Source: Dendrobates tinctorius
Lineage: Eukaryota
Length of the DNA stretch: 64,000 nt
Assembly (NCBI RefSeq): GCF_039654945.1
Contig: NW_027361802.1
Span: 17,236,001 to 17,300,000, forward strand
Direction: 5' to 3'
How positions within the stretch are numbered: the first letter of the stretch is position 1; each line of letters begins with the position of its first letter. This document shows, piece by piece, positions 23,879 to 35,845 of this stretch. The position numbers and the translations under genes were made by a program. Below the pieces are notes generated by a model. It was not told the DNA's origin. It searched no databases and saw only the letters and a list, made by a program, of their open reading frames with translations.

Positions 23879-26800
23879 CTGGATGGAAAATTGTGTTTTT
23901 ACTGCGGAGATCCTGGACATTGGAAAAAAGACTGCCCCTCCTGTCCTCTGACTAACAAGCGGCTGAGTCTGGGTGATAATCGTGGAGGTCACCCAGACTC
24001 TCAGGTACCTTTTTCTTCTTTTTCAAAGATACTGCTAAAGGTGGAACTTGGTGTCGAGAACGGCTTTTTCCATACTTCGGCTTTTGTAGACTGTGGGTCA
24101 TCCCTGAACCTGATTGACTCTAAGCTGGTGGCTCGCTGTAGATTAGGGACAGATAGGTTGGGGACTCCCTTAAAAATTGTGGCTATTGACTCTACACCTC
24201 TCACTAAGGATGGTCTCCATTTCATTTCTAAAGAATTCACCCTCAGGGTGGGGGCCCTACACCAGGAGTGCATGTCATGCTTTGCTTTGGATAACTTCCC
24301 TGCTGGCCTAGTGTTAGGGTTTCCCTGGTTGCAACGGCATAACCCGGTTATTGACTAGGGGTCCCGGGATATTGTTAAATGGGGACCTGATTGTTCTGAA
24401 AATTGTCTTGCTACTGTGTCTATGTCATCCGTCAGTCTGGAGGGTATTCCAGAGTACCTGAAGGATTTTGAGGATGTGTTCTCTGAAAAGGAGCCTGAGG
24501 TTCTACCACCACACTGCCCATTCGATTGTGCCGTGGATCTCTCTGGCCCTGAGCGGGCTGCTATGAAGGAGTATATCTCTGAGAGCCTCCGTAAAGGGCA
24601 TATACGACCATCTGTCTCTCCCGTGGCAGCGGGGCTCTTTTCTGTGAAAAAAAAGGATGGTGGTTTACGCCCATGCCCCGATTTTCGAGAACTGAATAAA
24701 ATAACCATAAGAAACGCTTACCCTGTCCCACTGATACCTGATTTGTACAATCAAATGTCGGGGGCCAGGTAGTTCTCTAAGTTGGACCTCGGGGGAGCAT
24801 ACAATCTCATCCGTATGCGGGAGGGGGATGAATGGAAAACTGCGTTTCTCACCTCTGAGGGTCTGTTTGAAAATTTGGTTATGCCCATTGGTTTGACTAC
24901 CGCACCAGTGGTATTCCAGAATTTCATTAACCATGTTTTTTCTGATTTTATTGGACGCTTAGTAGTTGTTTATCTTCACGATATACTCATATATTCTTCT
25001 GATAGACAAAGTCATATGGGTCATTTCATGCGGTTCTCCAGAGGCTCAGGGAGAACTCACTCTTTGCCAAATTGGAGAAATGTTCATTTTTTACTCAAGA
25101 ATTGTCCTTTCTAGGGGTCATCCTGTTCGCTGAAGGGTTTCGTATGGACCCTAGGAAGGTACAGGCCATTGTGGATTGGGTGCAACCCAGAGATCTCAAG
25201 GGTCTTCAGCGATTTCTGGGTTTTGCCAATTATTATAGAAAATTCATCAAGGGGTTCTCTCAAGTGGTCAAACCCCTCACTGATCTCACCTAAAGGGGGG
25301 CGGATCTCAAAAACTGGTCAGCTCCAGCTGTGGCGGCGTTTTCCTTGTTATAAGAACGTTTCATGACTGCTCCGATACTGGTGCAACCTGACTTGTCTAA
25401 ACCATTCATCATAGAAGTGGATGTCTCTGAGGTGGGAATGGGGGCTGTGCTGTCCCAGGGGCCCACCACATTAACTAACTTAACCCTGTGCCTTCTTTTC
25501 TAAAAAAATTTCCTCTGCTGAAAGGAATTATGATGTGGGTAACCGAGAGTTGTTGGCCATTAAATTGGCTTTTGAAGAATGGAGGCATTTTTTGGAGGGA
25601 GCTGTCCATCGTATCACTGTCATTACAGATCACAAGAACCTGTCTTACATCGAATCCGCCAAACGTTTGACTCCGAGTCAGGCAAGGTGGTCACTTTTTT
25701 TTTCCCAATTTCAGTTTTCCATCACTTTCAGACCAGGTTCCAAGAATGTGAAGGCGGATGCCTTGTCTCGCAGCCTAGATCCAGTATCGCCTCCTGAGCC
25801 TCCTTCCTCCATTCTTCAGCGCGGGGTGGTGGTGGCTGTGGTGTCCCCAAGATTGGAGCAGGAGATTCGTGAGGCCCAATCTCTTGCTCCTCCGTCCATA
25901 CCTGAAAATAAGCTCTTTGTGCCTGTCCAGTATCGGTTAAGGGTGCTTCGGGAGTTCCACGACTCAGCTCTGAGTGGGCATCCTTGAGTCTCGGCCACTC
26001 GTAAAGCCATCACTAGGCTGTTCTGGTGGCCCTCGTTGACTTCTGACGTCACTGGTTTTGTGTCCTCCTGTGAAACTTGTGCCCGCGCTAAAACCTCCCA
26101 CAACCGACCGGCCGGGGAGTTGGTGCCACTGCCAATTCCGGATAGACCGTGGACTCACCTGTCCATGGATTTTATCACCGATCTCCCACCCTCTAATGGC
26201 AAAACCGTGATCTGGGTAGTTGTGGCTAGGTTCAGTAAACAAGCACATTTTGTACCCTTAACAGGCCTTCCTAATGCTGAGACTCTATCTAAGCTATTCA
26301 TTGAGCATGTGATTCGGTTGCTTGGTGTGCCTGTCAGTGTTGTGTCTGATAGAGGGGTGCAATTCGTGGCAAAATTCTGGAGAGCTTTTTGTAAAAGGCT
26401 GGGCATCAGTCTGACCTTTTCATCGGCCTACCATCCCGAGACCAATGGTCAGACTGAAAGGACCAATCAGTCTTTGGAGCAGATCCTGCGGTGTCTTGTC
26501 ACATCCAAGTTAATTAAATTCACCGCACACTCAAACAGACTTTATGCAAATAGGTGTTCATTTTATTACATGTGGGAGCCAAACAGGAATATAGCACACA
26601 GTGAATGCGATATAAATAAAAGACATTTCGGCTCAGCCCGCAGGAGCGCTTCCTTCTCTCAGCACACATCAGCCATTTATCTTGGTATTTCCTCTTGAGA
26701 GATTCTCCTTTCCTTCTGCACCCTATACAAACCTCCAATATTGGAATAAGCAATAATATGATAAAGGCTCGAGCTGAGCCGAAACGTCTTTTATTTATAT

Positions 26801-27706
26801 CGCTTCCACTGTGTGCTATATTCCTGTTTGGCTCCCACATGTAATAAAATGAACACCTATTTGCATAAAGTCTGTTTGAGTGTGCGGTGAATTTAATTAA
26901 CTTGTAATTAGGACCTACTGGTCCGTTGCACCTGCACCTCGTCTATATTTGACTAGAGTGCACGCTAACTACCCAGTTTTCTTGTCACATCCAGACAGGA
27001 TGATTGGTGCTCTGTGATACCTATAGCGGAATTCGCCTTCAATAATCGTGTCAATCAGTCTACTGGTACTTCTCCTTTCTTCTGCAACTATGGGTTTCAC
27101 CCTCAATTTGGTGAATTCTCCAGACTAGATTCGGAGTGTCCAGGGGCTGATTCGGCCTTTTTGCGGTTGGAGGAGGTTTGGAGGGAGGTTCAGAGAAACA
27201 TTGGGGAGGCTCCGGGCAAATCTAAATTTTTTGCGGATAAACGATGCTCGGTGGGGCCGACTTATCAGGTGGGGGATAAGGTATGGTTATCCACCAAAAA
27301 CATAAGGCTGAGAATTCCCTCTGCTAAGTTGGGTCCCAAGTTTATTGATCCGTATGAGATTTTAGAGGTGATTAATCCTGTGGCCTTTCGCCTGCGCTTG
27401 CCTCCGTCATTACGGATTCCTAATGTGTTCCAGAAAGCGCTTCTGAAGCCGTCGGTGCCTTCCTCTGATGAGTCTCCCTCGCACCCGCCGCCTGTTATGG
27501 TAGATGGTCAGACCGAGTATGAGGTGGAACAGGTGGTGGATTCTCGCATGCTCCGTCGTTCACTTCAGTACTTGGTCCACTGGAAAGTATACGGTCCTGA
27601 GGATTGGTCATGGGTGCCAGCGCGTTCGGTCAATGCCGATCGGTTGGTCCGGGCCTTTCACGCTTGTCATCCAGGGAAGCCTGGGGGTCCAATGGCCCCC
27701 CATTGA
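23879..27706 (+). pseudogene. Gypsy gag-end/pol: CCHC knuckle, protease, RT, RNase H, integrase, chromodomain; disrupted
   Basis: CFYCGDPGHWKKDC; FVDCGS; YLHD (YLDD mutated); FLGFANYY; TDHKNL; MDFITDLP, SDRGVQF, GQTER; chromodomain YEVEQVVDSR...YLVHW. Confidence 0.92.
26508..26979. mobile_element. Short PLE-type non-autonomous insert (inverted arms, hammerhead-like motif) inside Gypsy integrase
   Basis: 14-bp TSD TCTTGTCACATCCA (26494-26507, 26980-26993); 26508-26640 is the reverse complement of ~26770-26903; TGATAAA-GGCTC-GAGCT-GAGCC-GAAACGTC at ~26759-26788. Confidence 0.85.
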
Positions 27707-29229
27707 GAGGGGGGTACTGTCACGGTCCAGTCCGGAGTTTATTTTCTGCTGTCTTCACTCCGGAGTGGTCATGCGGGAGTTAATCTCCTCAGCCTCGTTC
27801 TGGAGCTAGCTGGGCTATTTCAGTCTCTCACAGCCTGCTGACCAGTGTTAGTGATAGCTCAAGCTTCCAGTTTAGAGCCTCTGACCCTTGTACCTTCGTG
27901 TTCCTCCTGCCTTTGACTGATATTCACGTGTATGACCCGGACTGATTTCTGACCCCGTCTCTTGGTATTCGTCTCTGCTGTTACGTTCCCTCTCTGGCAT
28001 CTGACTCCCTGGCTTGTACCCCGACGACGTATTTCGTCTCACGTTTTGGACCCCATGCTCATGTTCTGGCTTTCTGACTCTCGGCTTGGTATTTTGACTA
28101 TGTGTATTGCTGCTCCTTCTGGTACGCCTGCTCCTACTAGTTTCTGACTCGGTTCGTCTGACTATTCTCTCTCGTTACCTGTGGCACCTGTGCTGTTGCT
28201 CAGGGTTGCTGCTCTTAGTGTGTAACCTCTCTTCCATCACCAGCTCCCCCTGATGGAGGTTTCACTACACTTTTGCTTTTGTTCTTGCTTTATATGCACA
28301 TGTGGGACGAAAGCATGTTCATCTCTGGCACACAGATCCTGTGGGGTATGATGGCTGGACATTCCCATTTTGTTTGTACTTGCGTATTATTGTTTGTACA
28401 GATGAGTGAGGCACTTTAAAGGCTCTTGAAATTGTACCCAAGGATTGTGCAAGTCCACAATTATTATCCTGATATCTTGGATGATTTCTTTAGCTTTTCC
28501 CATGATGCTACACAAAGAAGCAATGTGTTTCTGGTGTGCATTAAAATACATGCACAGGTGTGTCTCTAATTAACTCTGATCTTCCAAACTTCCAAACACA
28601 TGACATTATCATATGGGCAGTTCAGAATTCTTTATAGACATAGTAATGTTAGTGTATGTAAACTTTTGACTTAGCAGTAAGTAATAAAATGTCTTAAAAC
28701 ATTCCCTCTCTCTTTTTTCTGGCTTTTGGCAAGTATTAATAATTATGGTAATCCCAATTTACCTAAAACGGGAAAGGTTTATTCTGATTTCATGTCAGAT
28801 ATTGAGAAAAACAAGCATATGTGTCTTTTTATATAGTGTATGTAAACTTTTAGTTTCAACTGTATAAAATGTGTATATATAAATCACTTCAACGGGTCCA
28901 GAAAGCAATTTACGCAAAATGGCCGTCGTCCATCCTTGTCCTCGTCAAAGTTTTTTGTCGCACAGATGAAATAAAACAACTTTGATATCCTTCTCAACGT
29001 GGTGAGTGCAGCAAGCCTATCTTCTTTTTTCTATTGACTATAGTAATGTTCTTTCTTTGCTGAGCACCGAACACCAGTCGAATATGCTGTGTATACATTC
29101 AGTTTAATTAAAGGATCCGACATTAAATGCAAAGTGTGAATAAGACCATCTGATGCAGTTAACTTTTTTCTTTTTTTTGTTTTCAAAGAATATATATATT
29201 TATATATGTGTATATATATATATATATTA

Positions 29230-30141
29230 TAAGACAGCGAGTGTGTTAGGGGACACTCGATTCAGTCACACAGGAACGATTTCTCCATAACCAGTCCATG
29301 CGGTTTATTATCCACTCATAAACCATTGTAACATATAGTACATAATACAAGGCTTCCTTTCATTAGACAGACACTACACCCACCAGTTATCGTTTGACAA
29401 GTTCCTGGGATGTCCGTGTGCCGTATCAATGTCTCTACTCGCACAGCATAAACGATATTAGTTCACATTGTCTAATCACGCTGGACTTCACTTCGTCCAG
29501 TTACCGTGGGTGACCGCATCGTTCATATAAACCCATTTTATCTATAGTTACCTTCCTGGAGCTCCTGCTCCATACACTGACCTCCTGTCAGTCCTTGTTT
29601 CAGGGAAGCTGCCGAACTGGGATCAACGTCTCGGACAATGCCTTGTTCACCTGGCCACCTGACAGTTCTGGACCCTCAGTCGGACAGTAGCTCCCAAGCC
29701 CAGTTCCATCACCAACTCTGCCAGTCCATGGTCTCACCCCATGCCCTTCAGGAAGTCTGTTCCCTTCTGGGACCTTCCAACACATAGACATTTCAGGACC
29801 TTAGAACACAGACCATTCAGGTCCATACACTCCAACCATGTGACACAAACCATGGTAACATTATGTAGTTGTAGCCACCCCCATGTGTGGTTAGTAAGTC
29901 CCACCCAGCTCTCTGACTAACTCTGTAAACCCTCCTAGTAAACTAAACAAAACACTTGTGGAACTACAAGTCCCAGAGCAACAACATTTTGGGTTTACAG
30001 AGCAGACTTACTCTGTGACACATACCAGCTATATTTACAACAATGCCAGTCACTGTCCCATTATCACCATTACGCCTCCATGCGTATCCTGAGGAGCACA
30101 TATAGTGCCCCCTAGCTGTAACAGGGGTCACTGCCTCGCTA
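29230..30141 (-). mobile_element. LTR-like solo element in a (TA)n tract
   Basis: Degenerate inverted ends (TAAGACAGCGA / TCACTGCCTCGC); minus-strand AATAAA ~29304; flanked by TA repeats. Confidence 0.4.
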
Positions 30142-30176
30142 TATATATACAGTATATATATATATATATATATATA

Positions 30177-30670
30177 TAGTGGGTACGGAAACTATTCCGA
30201 AACCCTTTACATTTTCCACTCTTTGTTTCATTGCAGACATTTGGTAAACTCAAAAATGTTCATTTCTTTCTCATTAATGTACACTCTGCACCCCATCTTG
30301 ACTGAAAGGAAAAACTGAAATGTAGAAATTTTTACAAATTTATTAAAAAAGAAAAACTGAAATATCACATGGTCATAAGTATTCAGACTTTCATCCAGGA
30401 TATCTCGGTACTTGGCCGCATTCATGTTTCCTTCAATTGCAACCAGTCTTCCTATCCCTGCAACTGAAAACACCCCCATAGCAAGATAATGCCACCACCA
30501 TGTTTCACTGTTGGGATTGTGCTGGGCAGGGGATGAGCAGTGCCTGATTTCCTCCACACATACTGCTTTGAAATATCACCAAAAAGTGCTATCTTCATCT
30601 CATCAGACCAGATAATCTTTTTTCTCATTGTTTGGGAGTCCTTTATTTGTTTTTTAGCAAACTATAAGCA
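30177..30670 (-). mobile_element. Tc1-like relic (3' part)
   Basis: End AGTGGGTACGGAAACTATTC; transposase remnants GRLVAIEGNMNAAKYRDIL and WSDE. Confidence 0.7.
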
Positions 30671-30689
30671 GGAGATACTATTGAAGAGA

Positions 30690-30945
30690 AATAGCGCAAT
30701 AGTGCATTATCCAGTGTAGGTATATCAATTTAAAAATAATACACTCACCAAATGGAGCTTGTAATAAGCATGGAGGAGTCGCTGCTGCAGAAACCACAGA
30801 TCCATGAGGGACCGACGTAGAAGATGCAGGTTAGGAAAAAAGTGGTCAGACAATCCGCGCTGCGAATCACTATGAACAATTATTATTACAGAGGTCTTTA
30901 TTCGACGCGTTTTGAAGCTTCACAGAACTCCTTCCTCAGGAAAAA
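30690..30945 (-). mobile_element. PLE pLTR fragment with a degenerate hammerhead (30901-30942)
   Basis: Minus strand TTC-CTGAGGA-AGGAG...-AAAACGCGTC-GAA, followed by AATAAA. Confidence 0.55.
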
Positions 30946-30949
30946 ACCA

Positions 30950-31820
30950 CCTGAGGAGAATGGTGCCAGTAGATGAGATGCTGAGAGAAAGCCTAAGGCA
31001 GTAACAACAATAGATCTGGAAGGAAGAACAGGAACATGAAGCGCCATGGCAACCATGGCAAGGCAAGCCATTGCATGGGATATACCACCGACAGATAATG
31101 GAAGTGGCTGACATGGAGAAATTCTACAAATGGCTGGAGAAAGCTGGACTTCGAAACAGCATAGAGGCACTAATCCTAGCGGCACAAGTGCAAGCACCAA
31201 GTACAAGATCCATAGAAGCCGAAATCTACCACACAAGACAAGACCCAACGTGCCGACTATGCAAAGAAACCTCAGAAACAGTCCAACACATAGTGGCAGG
31301 ATGTAGAATGCAAGCAGGAACAGCGTATACTGAATGCCACAACCAAGTAATGGGAATTGTGCACAGGAACATCTGTGCAGCATATGGGCTAAGCCCCCTA
31401 AGTCCAGGTGGGAGACCCCAGAAAATGTGGTGGAAAATGTAAGGGCTAAAATCCTGTGGGACTTCAAGATCGAGACAGATAAGCAGGTGTTGTCTAACAA
31501 CCAGACATTGTCATAGTAGACAAGGATCAGAAGACAGCAATGGTAATAGATGTGGCAGTGCCAAGTCACAGCAACATCAGAAAGAAGGGATATGAGAAGC
31601 TGAAGAAATACCAGGGCCTCAAAGGAGAACTGGAGAAGATGTGGTAGGTGAAGGCAACAGTGATTCCAGTAGTGATAGGAGCACTTGGAGCAGTGACCCC
31701 TTAGTTGGAAGAATGGCTACAACAGATCCCAGGAGCCACATCTGTGCTCTCTGTCCAGAAAAGCGCAATACTGGGAACAACTAAGATCCTGCGCAGAACC
31801 CTCAAACTCTCAGGCCTGTA
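30950..31820 (+). mobile_element. 3' fragment of an R4/Dong-like non-LTR element with restriction-like endonuclease
   Basis: CRLCKETSETVQHIVAGC zinc motif, (R/C)HNQV, KILWDF, PDI, IDVAVP, KYQGL; frameshifted. Confidence 0.75.
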
Positions 31821-31826
31821 TATATA

Positions 31827-33000
31827 CAGGTGCCTCTCACAAAATTAGAATATCATCAAAAACTTAATTTATTTCAGTTCTTCACTACAAAAAGTGAGGC
31901 TCATATATTATATAGAGTCATTACAAACAGAGTGATCTATTTCAAGTGGTTATTTCTGTTAACCTCATCCCGACATTTGATGTACTATACCGTCCATGTG
32001 CCCTGGGCCTTAATGCCCATGGACGGTATAGTAAGTTAAACTCATATATTAGATAGAGTCTTTACAAACAGAGTGATCTGTTACAAGTGTTTATTTCTGA
32101 CAATGTTGGTGATTATGGCATATAGCCAATGAAAATTCAAAAGTCATTATCTCAGAAAATTATAATACTTTATAACACCAGCTTGAAAAAATGATTTTAA
32201 AATCTGAAATATTGGCCTACAGAAAAGTATGTATAGTAAATGCACTCAATACTTGGTCGGGGCTCCTTTGGCATCAATTACTGCATCAATGCAGCATGGC
32301 ATGGAGGTGAATAGCCTGTGGCACTGCTGAAGTGTTATGGAAGCCCAGGTTGCTTTGATAGCAGCCTTCAGCTTGTCTACATTGTTGAGTCTGGTGTCTC
32401 TCATCTTCCTCTTGACAATACCCCATAGACTGTATTTGGGGTTAAGGTCATGCGAGTGTGCTGGCCAATCGAGCACAGTGATATTGTTGTTTTTAAACCA
32501 GGTATTGGTCCTTTTGGCAGTGTGGACAGGTGCCAAGTCCTGCTAGAGAATGAAATTTCCAACTAAGAAGTTTGTCGGCAGAGGGATGCATGAAGTGCTC
32601 TAAACTTTCATGTTAGAGGGCAGAAGAATATTTAGAATTGAAAGTCCTCAATGGTTGATACATTTTAATGGCTAACTGAAAAGATGGGCACACATTTTAA
32701 GCTTTCTACTGGCTAACACGGTACAAAGATACATCTTTCCTGTATCATCATGTTAGAGGGCTGCGCTATCTTTAGTCTTGATAAAACACAGTGGACCTAC
32801 ACCAGCAGATGACATGGCTCCCCAAACCATCACTGATTGTGGAAACTTCACACTAGACCTCAAGCAGCTTGGATTGTCTGTCTCTCCACTCTTTCTCCAA
32901 ACTATGGGACCTTGATTGCCAAGGTCTAGAGTGAAGTGTCCACAATCAATGGGAGCCATGTCATCACAGCACAGTACAGTACAGTCCACGGGCACCTCAA
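31827..33000 (-). mobile_element. Tc1-like relic
   Basis: TA-CAGGTGCCTCTCACAAAATTAGAATATCATC end; ORF pieces SVMVWGAMS, VLDWPAHSHDLNP, AVIDAKGAPTKY. Confidence 0.75.
32622..32747. mobile_element. 126-bp PLE pLTR micro-insert with internal inversion
   Basis: 14-bp TSD TCATGTTAGAGGGC (32608-32621, 32748-32761); left part resembles the minus-strand pLTR at ~43020-43062; right part GGCTAACACGGTAC resembles the plus-strand pLTR at ~48442. Confidence 0.65.
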
Positions 33001-33529
33001 ATATCTGAGTATCATTACAAAAGGATCACCTTCACCCAAAGTGGTTAAGATCTGTTGAAATGGGTTTGTTTAATGCTCTGACAAATCTTTGTCCGGCCTT
33101 AAATCTAAGTCAGAAAAAATTTGGCTAATGGAGCAGATGATTTCCTAAACTCAACTCTGTGACTGATTAGAGCAGACCTCTGATACCCATGGAATAGAGT
33201 GTGTGAACAGCTCTGCAGAATGGCCCATCTGTTGTCCCCCACAGTCAGTTGGAAGCTTGTAGAGTTGTGATGTGGGGGAAAGGTTTATTGGGGTGCCACC
33301 AGGACTGTACTGTGTGTGACATTATGGTGGAGGAAGAAAAGCAGAGGCCACTTGATGCAGCACTTGCCATCTTCTGTAGCACAAGTTCTTTCTGGCCCTC
33401 ATCTTCATAGCATACCGTTGTATGGCTACCAAATAAAGGGAGCAGAGTTGCCCGTCCAGTAGCAAAAGTTGTAAAAATGCTGCACAAATTCTGACTGCAG
33501 CAAAACAAACTGACTTCTCATCCTTCACA

Positions 33530-35845
33530 CTGCTATTTTGGATCTAATCCTTATAAACAGGGAGGAAATGGTTGAGGAGGTAAAAGTGGCTGGGACCCTA
33601 GGAGGTAGCGACCATGCTATTTTAGAATTTTGGATAACTAGAGGCGGAAGACCTGTGAAGACTCAGACTTCAAGGTTAGATTTCAGAAAGGCAGATTTTA
33701 AGGGATTCAGAAAGAGAATTGGAGGGATCCAATGGCTGGATATCCTTAAAGACAAAAATGTCCAGGAAGGATGGGAAATCTTGAAAAATGAAATTCTCAA
33801 AGCACAGTTGTTAACAATTCCGAAAAGAGGGAAGAATAGGAAGCAGTTAAGGAAACCAGGATGGATGAACACAGAACTTAAGCACATGCTAAAAAGGAAG
33901 AAAAAAATGTTTATAAAATGGAAAGAGGGAGGCATATCTAAAGAAGAATATAATGCTGTCTGCAGAACCTGCAGGGCACAAATCAGATTAGCTAAAGCTG
34001 AAAATGAATTGAGGCTTGCAAGAGATGTCAAAAGCAATAATAAAGGATTTTGGGGATATGTCAAAAGTAAAAGAAAAGTCAAAGATGCCATAGGATTTTT
34101 ACAGGATGAAAATGATGAAATGGTAAGACAGGATGTTGAGAAGGCTGAACTTTTAAATTCCTATTTTGCATCTGTTTTCTCTCAGAAAGGAAATGTAACA
34201 TCAACTGTTATTCACTGTCCTATTAAGGGAATAGAAGAATCCAGGATATCTATAAACAGAAAGATAGTGAGGAAACACTTAGCTAGCCTAAATGAATTCA
34301 AGTCTCCAGGTCCAGATGAATTACACCCCAGAGTACTGAAGGAGATAGCAGAAGAAATTTTTGAACCCCTCTCTATAATCTTTGAAAATTCTTGGAGAAC
34401 AGGAGAAGTGCCAGAAGACTGGAGAAGAGCAAATGTTGTTCCTATCTTCAAAAAGGGGAAGAAGGTGGACCCAGGTAACTATAGGCCGGTGAGTCTGACT
34501 TCTATACCAGGAAAGATCTTTGAACAAATTATTAAACAACATGTATGTCAATACCTGGATAAGAATGAAGTGATTAAACAGAGTCAGCATGGGTTTGTAA
34601 CTAATAAGTCATGTCAGACTAACTTAATTTCCTTCTATGACGGTATCACTGATTGGGTGGATCAAGGAAATGCTGTAGATATAGTATATCTTGACTTCAG
34701 CAAAGCATTTGACAAAGTCTCTCATACAATCCTTATTGAAAAAATGATTAAGTATGGAATGGACAAGGCAACTGTTAGGTGGATTCATAACTGGCTTAGT
34801 GATCGGACCCAAAGAGTGGTCGTAAATGGCTGCACATCCAGTTGGAAGAATGTCTCAAGTGGGGTACCACAGGGCTCTGTCCTGGGCCCTGTATTGTTCA
34901 ACATCTTTATCAACGATTTAGATGAAGGAATTGAGGGTAAACTGATTAAATTTGCTGATGACACAAAGCTAGGAGGGATAGCTAATACTAGAGAAGAGAG
35001 AGAGAGGATTCAAAAAGATTTAAATAAACTGGAGAAGTGGGCAGCAACTAACAGAATGGTTTTTAACAGGGAGAAATGCAAAGTACTACATCTGGGCAAT
35101 AAAAATGGAAAAAGCATATATAGAATGGGAGGAATAGGGCTAAGTGACAGCACATGTGAAAAAGACTTGGGTATACTAATAGATCACAGACTGAATATGA
35201 GTCAACAGTGTGATGCAGCAGCAAAAAAGGCAAATGCAATTCTAGGATGTATTAACAGAAGCATACAGTCTAGATCACGTGAAGTCATTATTTCCCTCTA
35301 CTCCTCTTTGGTCAGACCTCATCTGGAATATTGTGTCCAGTTTTGGGCACCACATTTTAAAAAAGACATCAACAAACTGGAGCAAGTTCAGAAAAGAGCG
35401 ACCAGAATGGTGACCGGTCTGCAAACCCTGTCTTATGAGGAAAGGTTGCAGGATTTGGGAATGTTTAGTTTGCAAAAGCGAAGACTGAGAGGAGACTTAA
35501 TAGCTGTCTACAAATATCTAAAGGGCTGTCACATTGTAGAAGGATCAACTTTATTCTCATTTGCACAAGGAAAGACTAGAAGCAATGGGATGAAACTGAA
35601 TGGGAGGAGACACAGATTAGATATTAGAAAAAACTTTTTGACAGTTAGAGTGATCAATGAGTGGAACAGGCTGCCACGAGAAGTGGTGAGTTCTCCTTCA
35701 ATGGAAGTCTTCAAACAGAGGCTGGACAGACATCTGACTGGGATGATTTAGCGAATCCTGCTTTGAGCAGGGGGTTGGACCAGATGGCCCAGGAGGTCCC
35801 TTCCAACTCTACGATTCTATGATTCTATGATTCTATGATTCTATG
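33530..35845 (+). mobile_element. 5'-truncated CR1 LINE, young
   Basis: Uninterrupted ORF2; 3' UTR GGTCCCTTCCAAC then (ATTCTATG)4 at 35814-35845; flanks rejoin to the L2-like sequence seen uninterrupted at 18720-18815. Confidence 0.95.
33538..35751 (+). CDS. CR1 ORF2 (end of APE + RT), 5'-truncated, 737 aa open
   Basis: LDLIL...SDH (APE C-terminus), [47 protein letters not shown]. Confidence 0.92.
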   Translation: MDLILINREEMVEEVKVAGTLGGSDHAILEFWITRGGRPVKTQTSRLDFRKADFKGFRKRIGGIQWLDILKDKNVQEGWEILKNEILKAQLLTIPKRGKNRKQLRKPGWMNTELKHMLKRKKKMFIKWKEGGISKEEYNAVCRTCRAQIRLAKAENELRLARDVKSNNKGFWGYVKSKRKVKDAIGFLQDENDEMVRQDVEKAELLNSYFASVFSQKGNVTSTVIHCPIKGIEESRISINRKIVRKHLASLNEFKSPGPDELHPRVLKEIAEEIFEPLSIIFENSWRTGEVPEDWRRANVVPIFKKGKKVDPGNYRPVSLTSIPGKIFEQIIKQHVCQYLDKNEVIKQSQHGFVTNKSCQTNLISFYDGITDWVDQGNAVDIVYLDFSKAFDKVSHTILIEKMIKYGMDKATVRWIHNWLSDRTQRVVVNGCTSSWKNVSSGVPQGSVLGPVLFNIFINDLDEGIEGKLIKFADDTKLGGIANTREERERIQKDLNKLEKWAATNRMVFNREKCKVLHLGNKNGKSIYRMGGIGLSDSTCEKDLGILIDHRLNMSQQCDAAAKKANAILGCINRSIQSRSREVIISLYSSLVRPHLEYCVQFWAPHFKKDINKLEQVQKRATRMVTGLQTLSYEERLQDLGMFSLQKRRLRGDLIAVYKYLKGCHIVEGSTLFSFAQGKTRSNGMKLNGRRHRLDIRKNFLTVRVINEWNRLPREVVSSPSMEVFKQRLDRHLTGMI

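Larger units (their letters stand above)
19055..28269 (+). mobile_element. Ty3/Gypsy chromovirus-type (Tf1/sushi-like) LTR retrotransposon, decayed
   Basis: 552-bp LTRs 19055-19606 and 27718-28269 (TG...CA; roughly 20 substitutions by eye); 5-bp TSD CTTTT; polypurine tract GAGAGGGGGG before the 3' LTR; most of gag replaced by a PLE. Confidence 0.93.
18815..28863 (-). mobile_element. Decayed Tc1-like element split by the Gypsy insertion (pieces 18815-19054 and 28270-28863)
   Basis: TTTCATCAGACCACAGG (LWSDET on minus strand); terminal GTATGTAAACTTTTAGTTTCAACTG-TA; flanks rejoin at the Gypsy TSD. Confidence 0.65.

Noticed and set aside
28890-29090. Possible further hammerhead or pLTR remnant (AGAAAGC...GCAAAATGGCCGTCG)
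   Set aside because: Core too degenerate to support a call.
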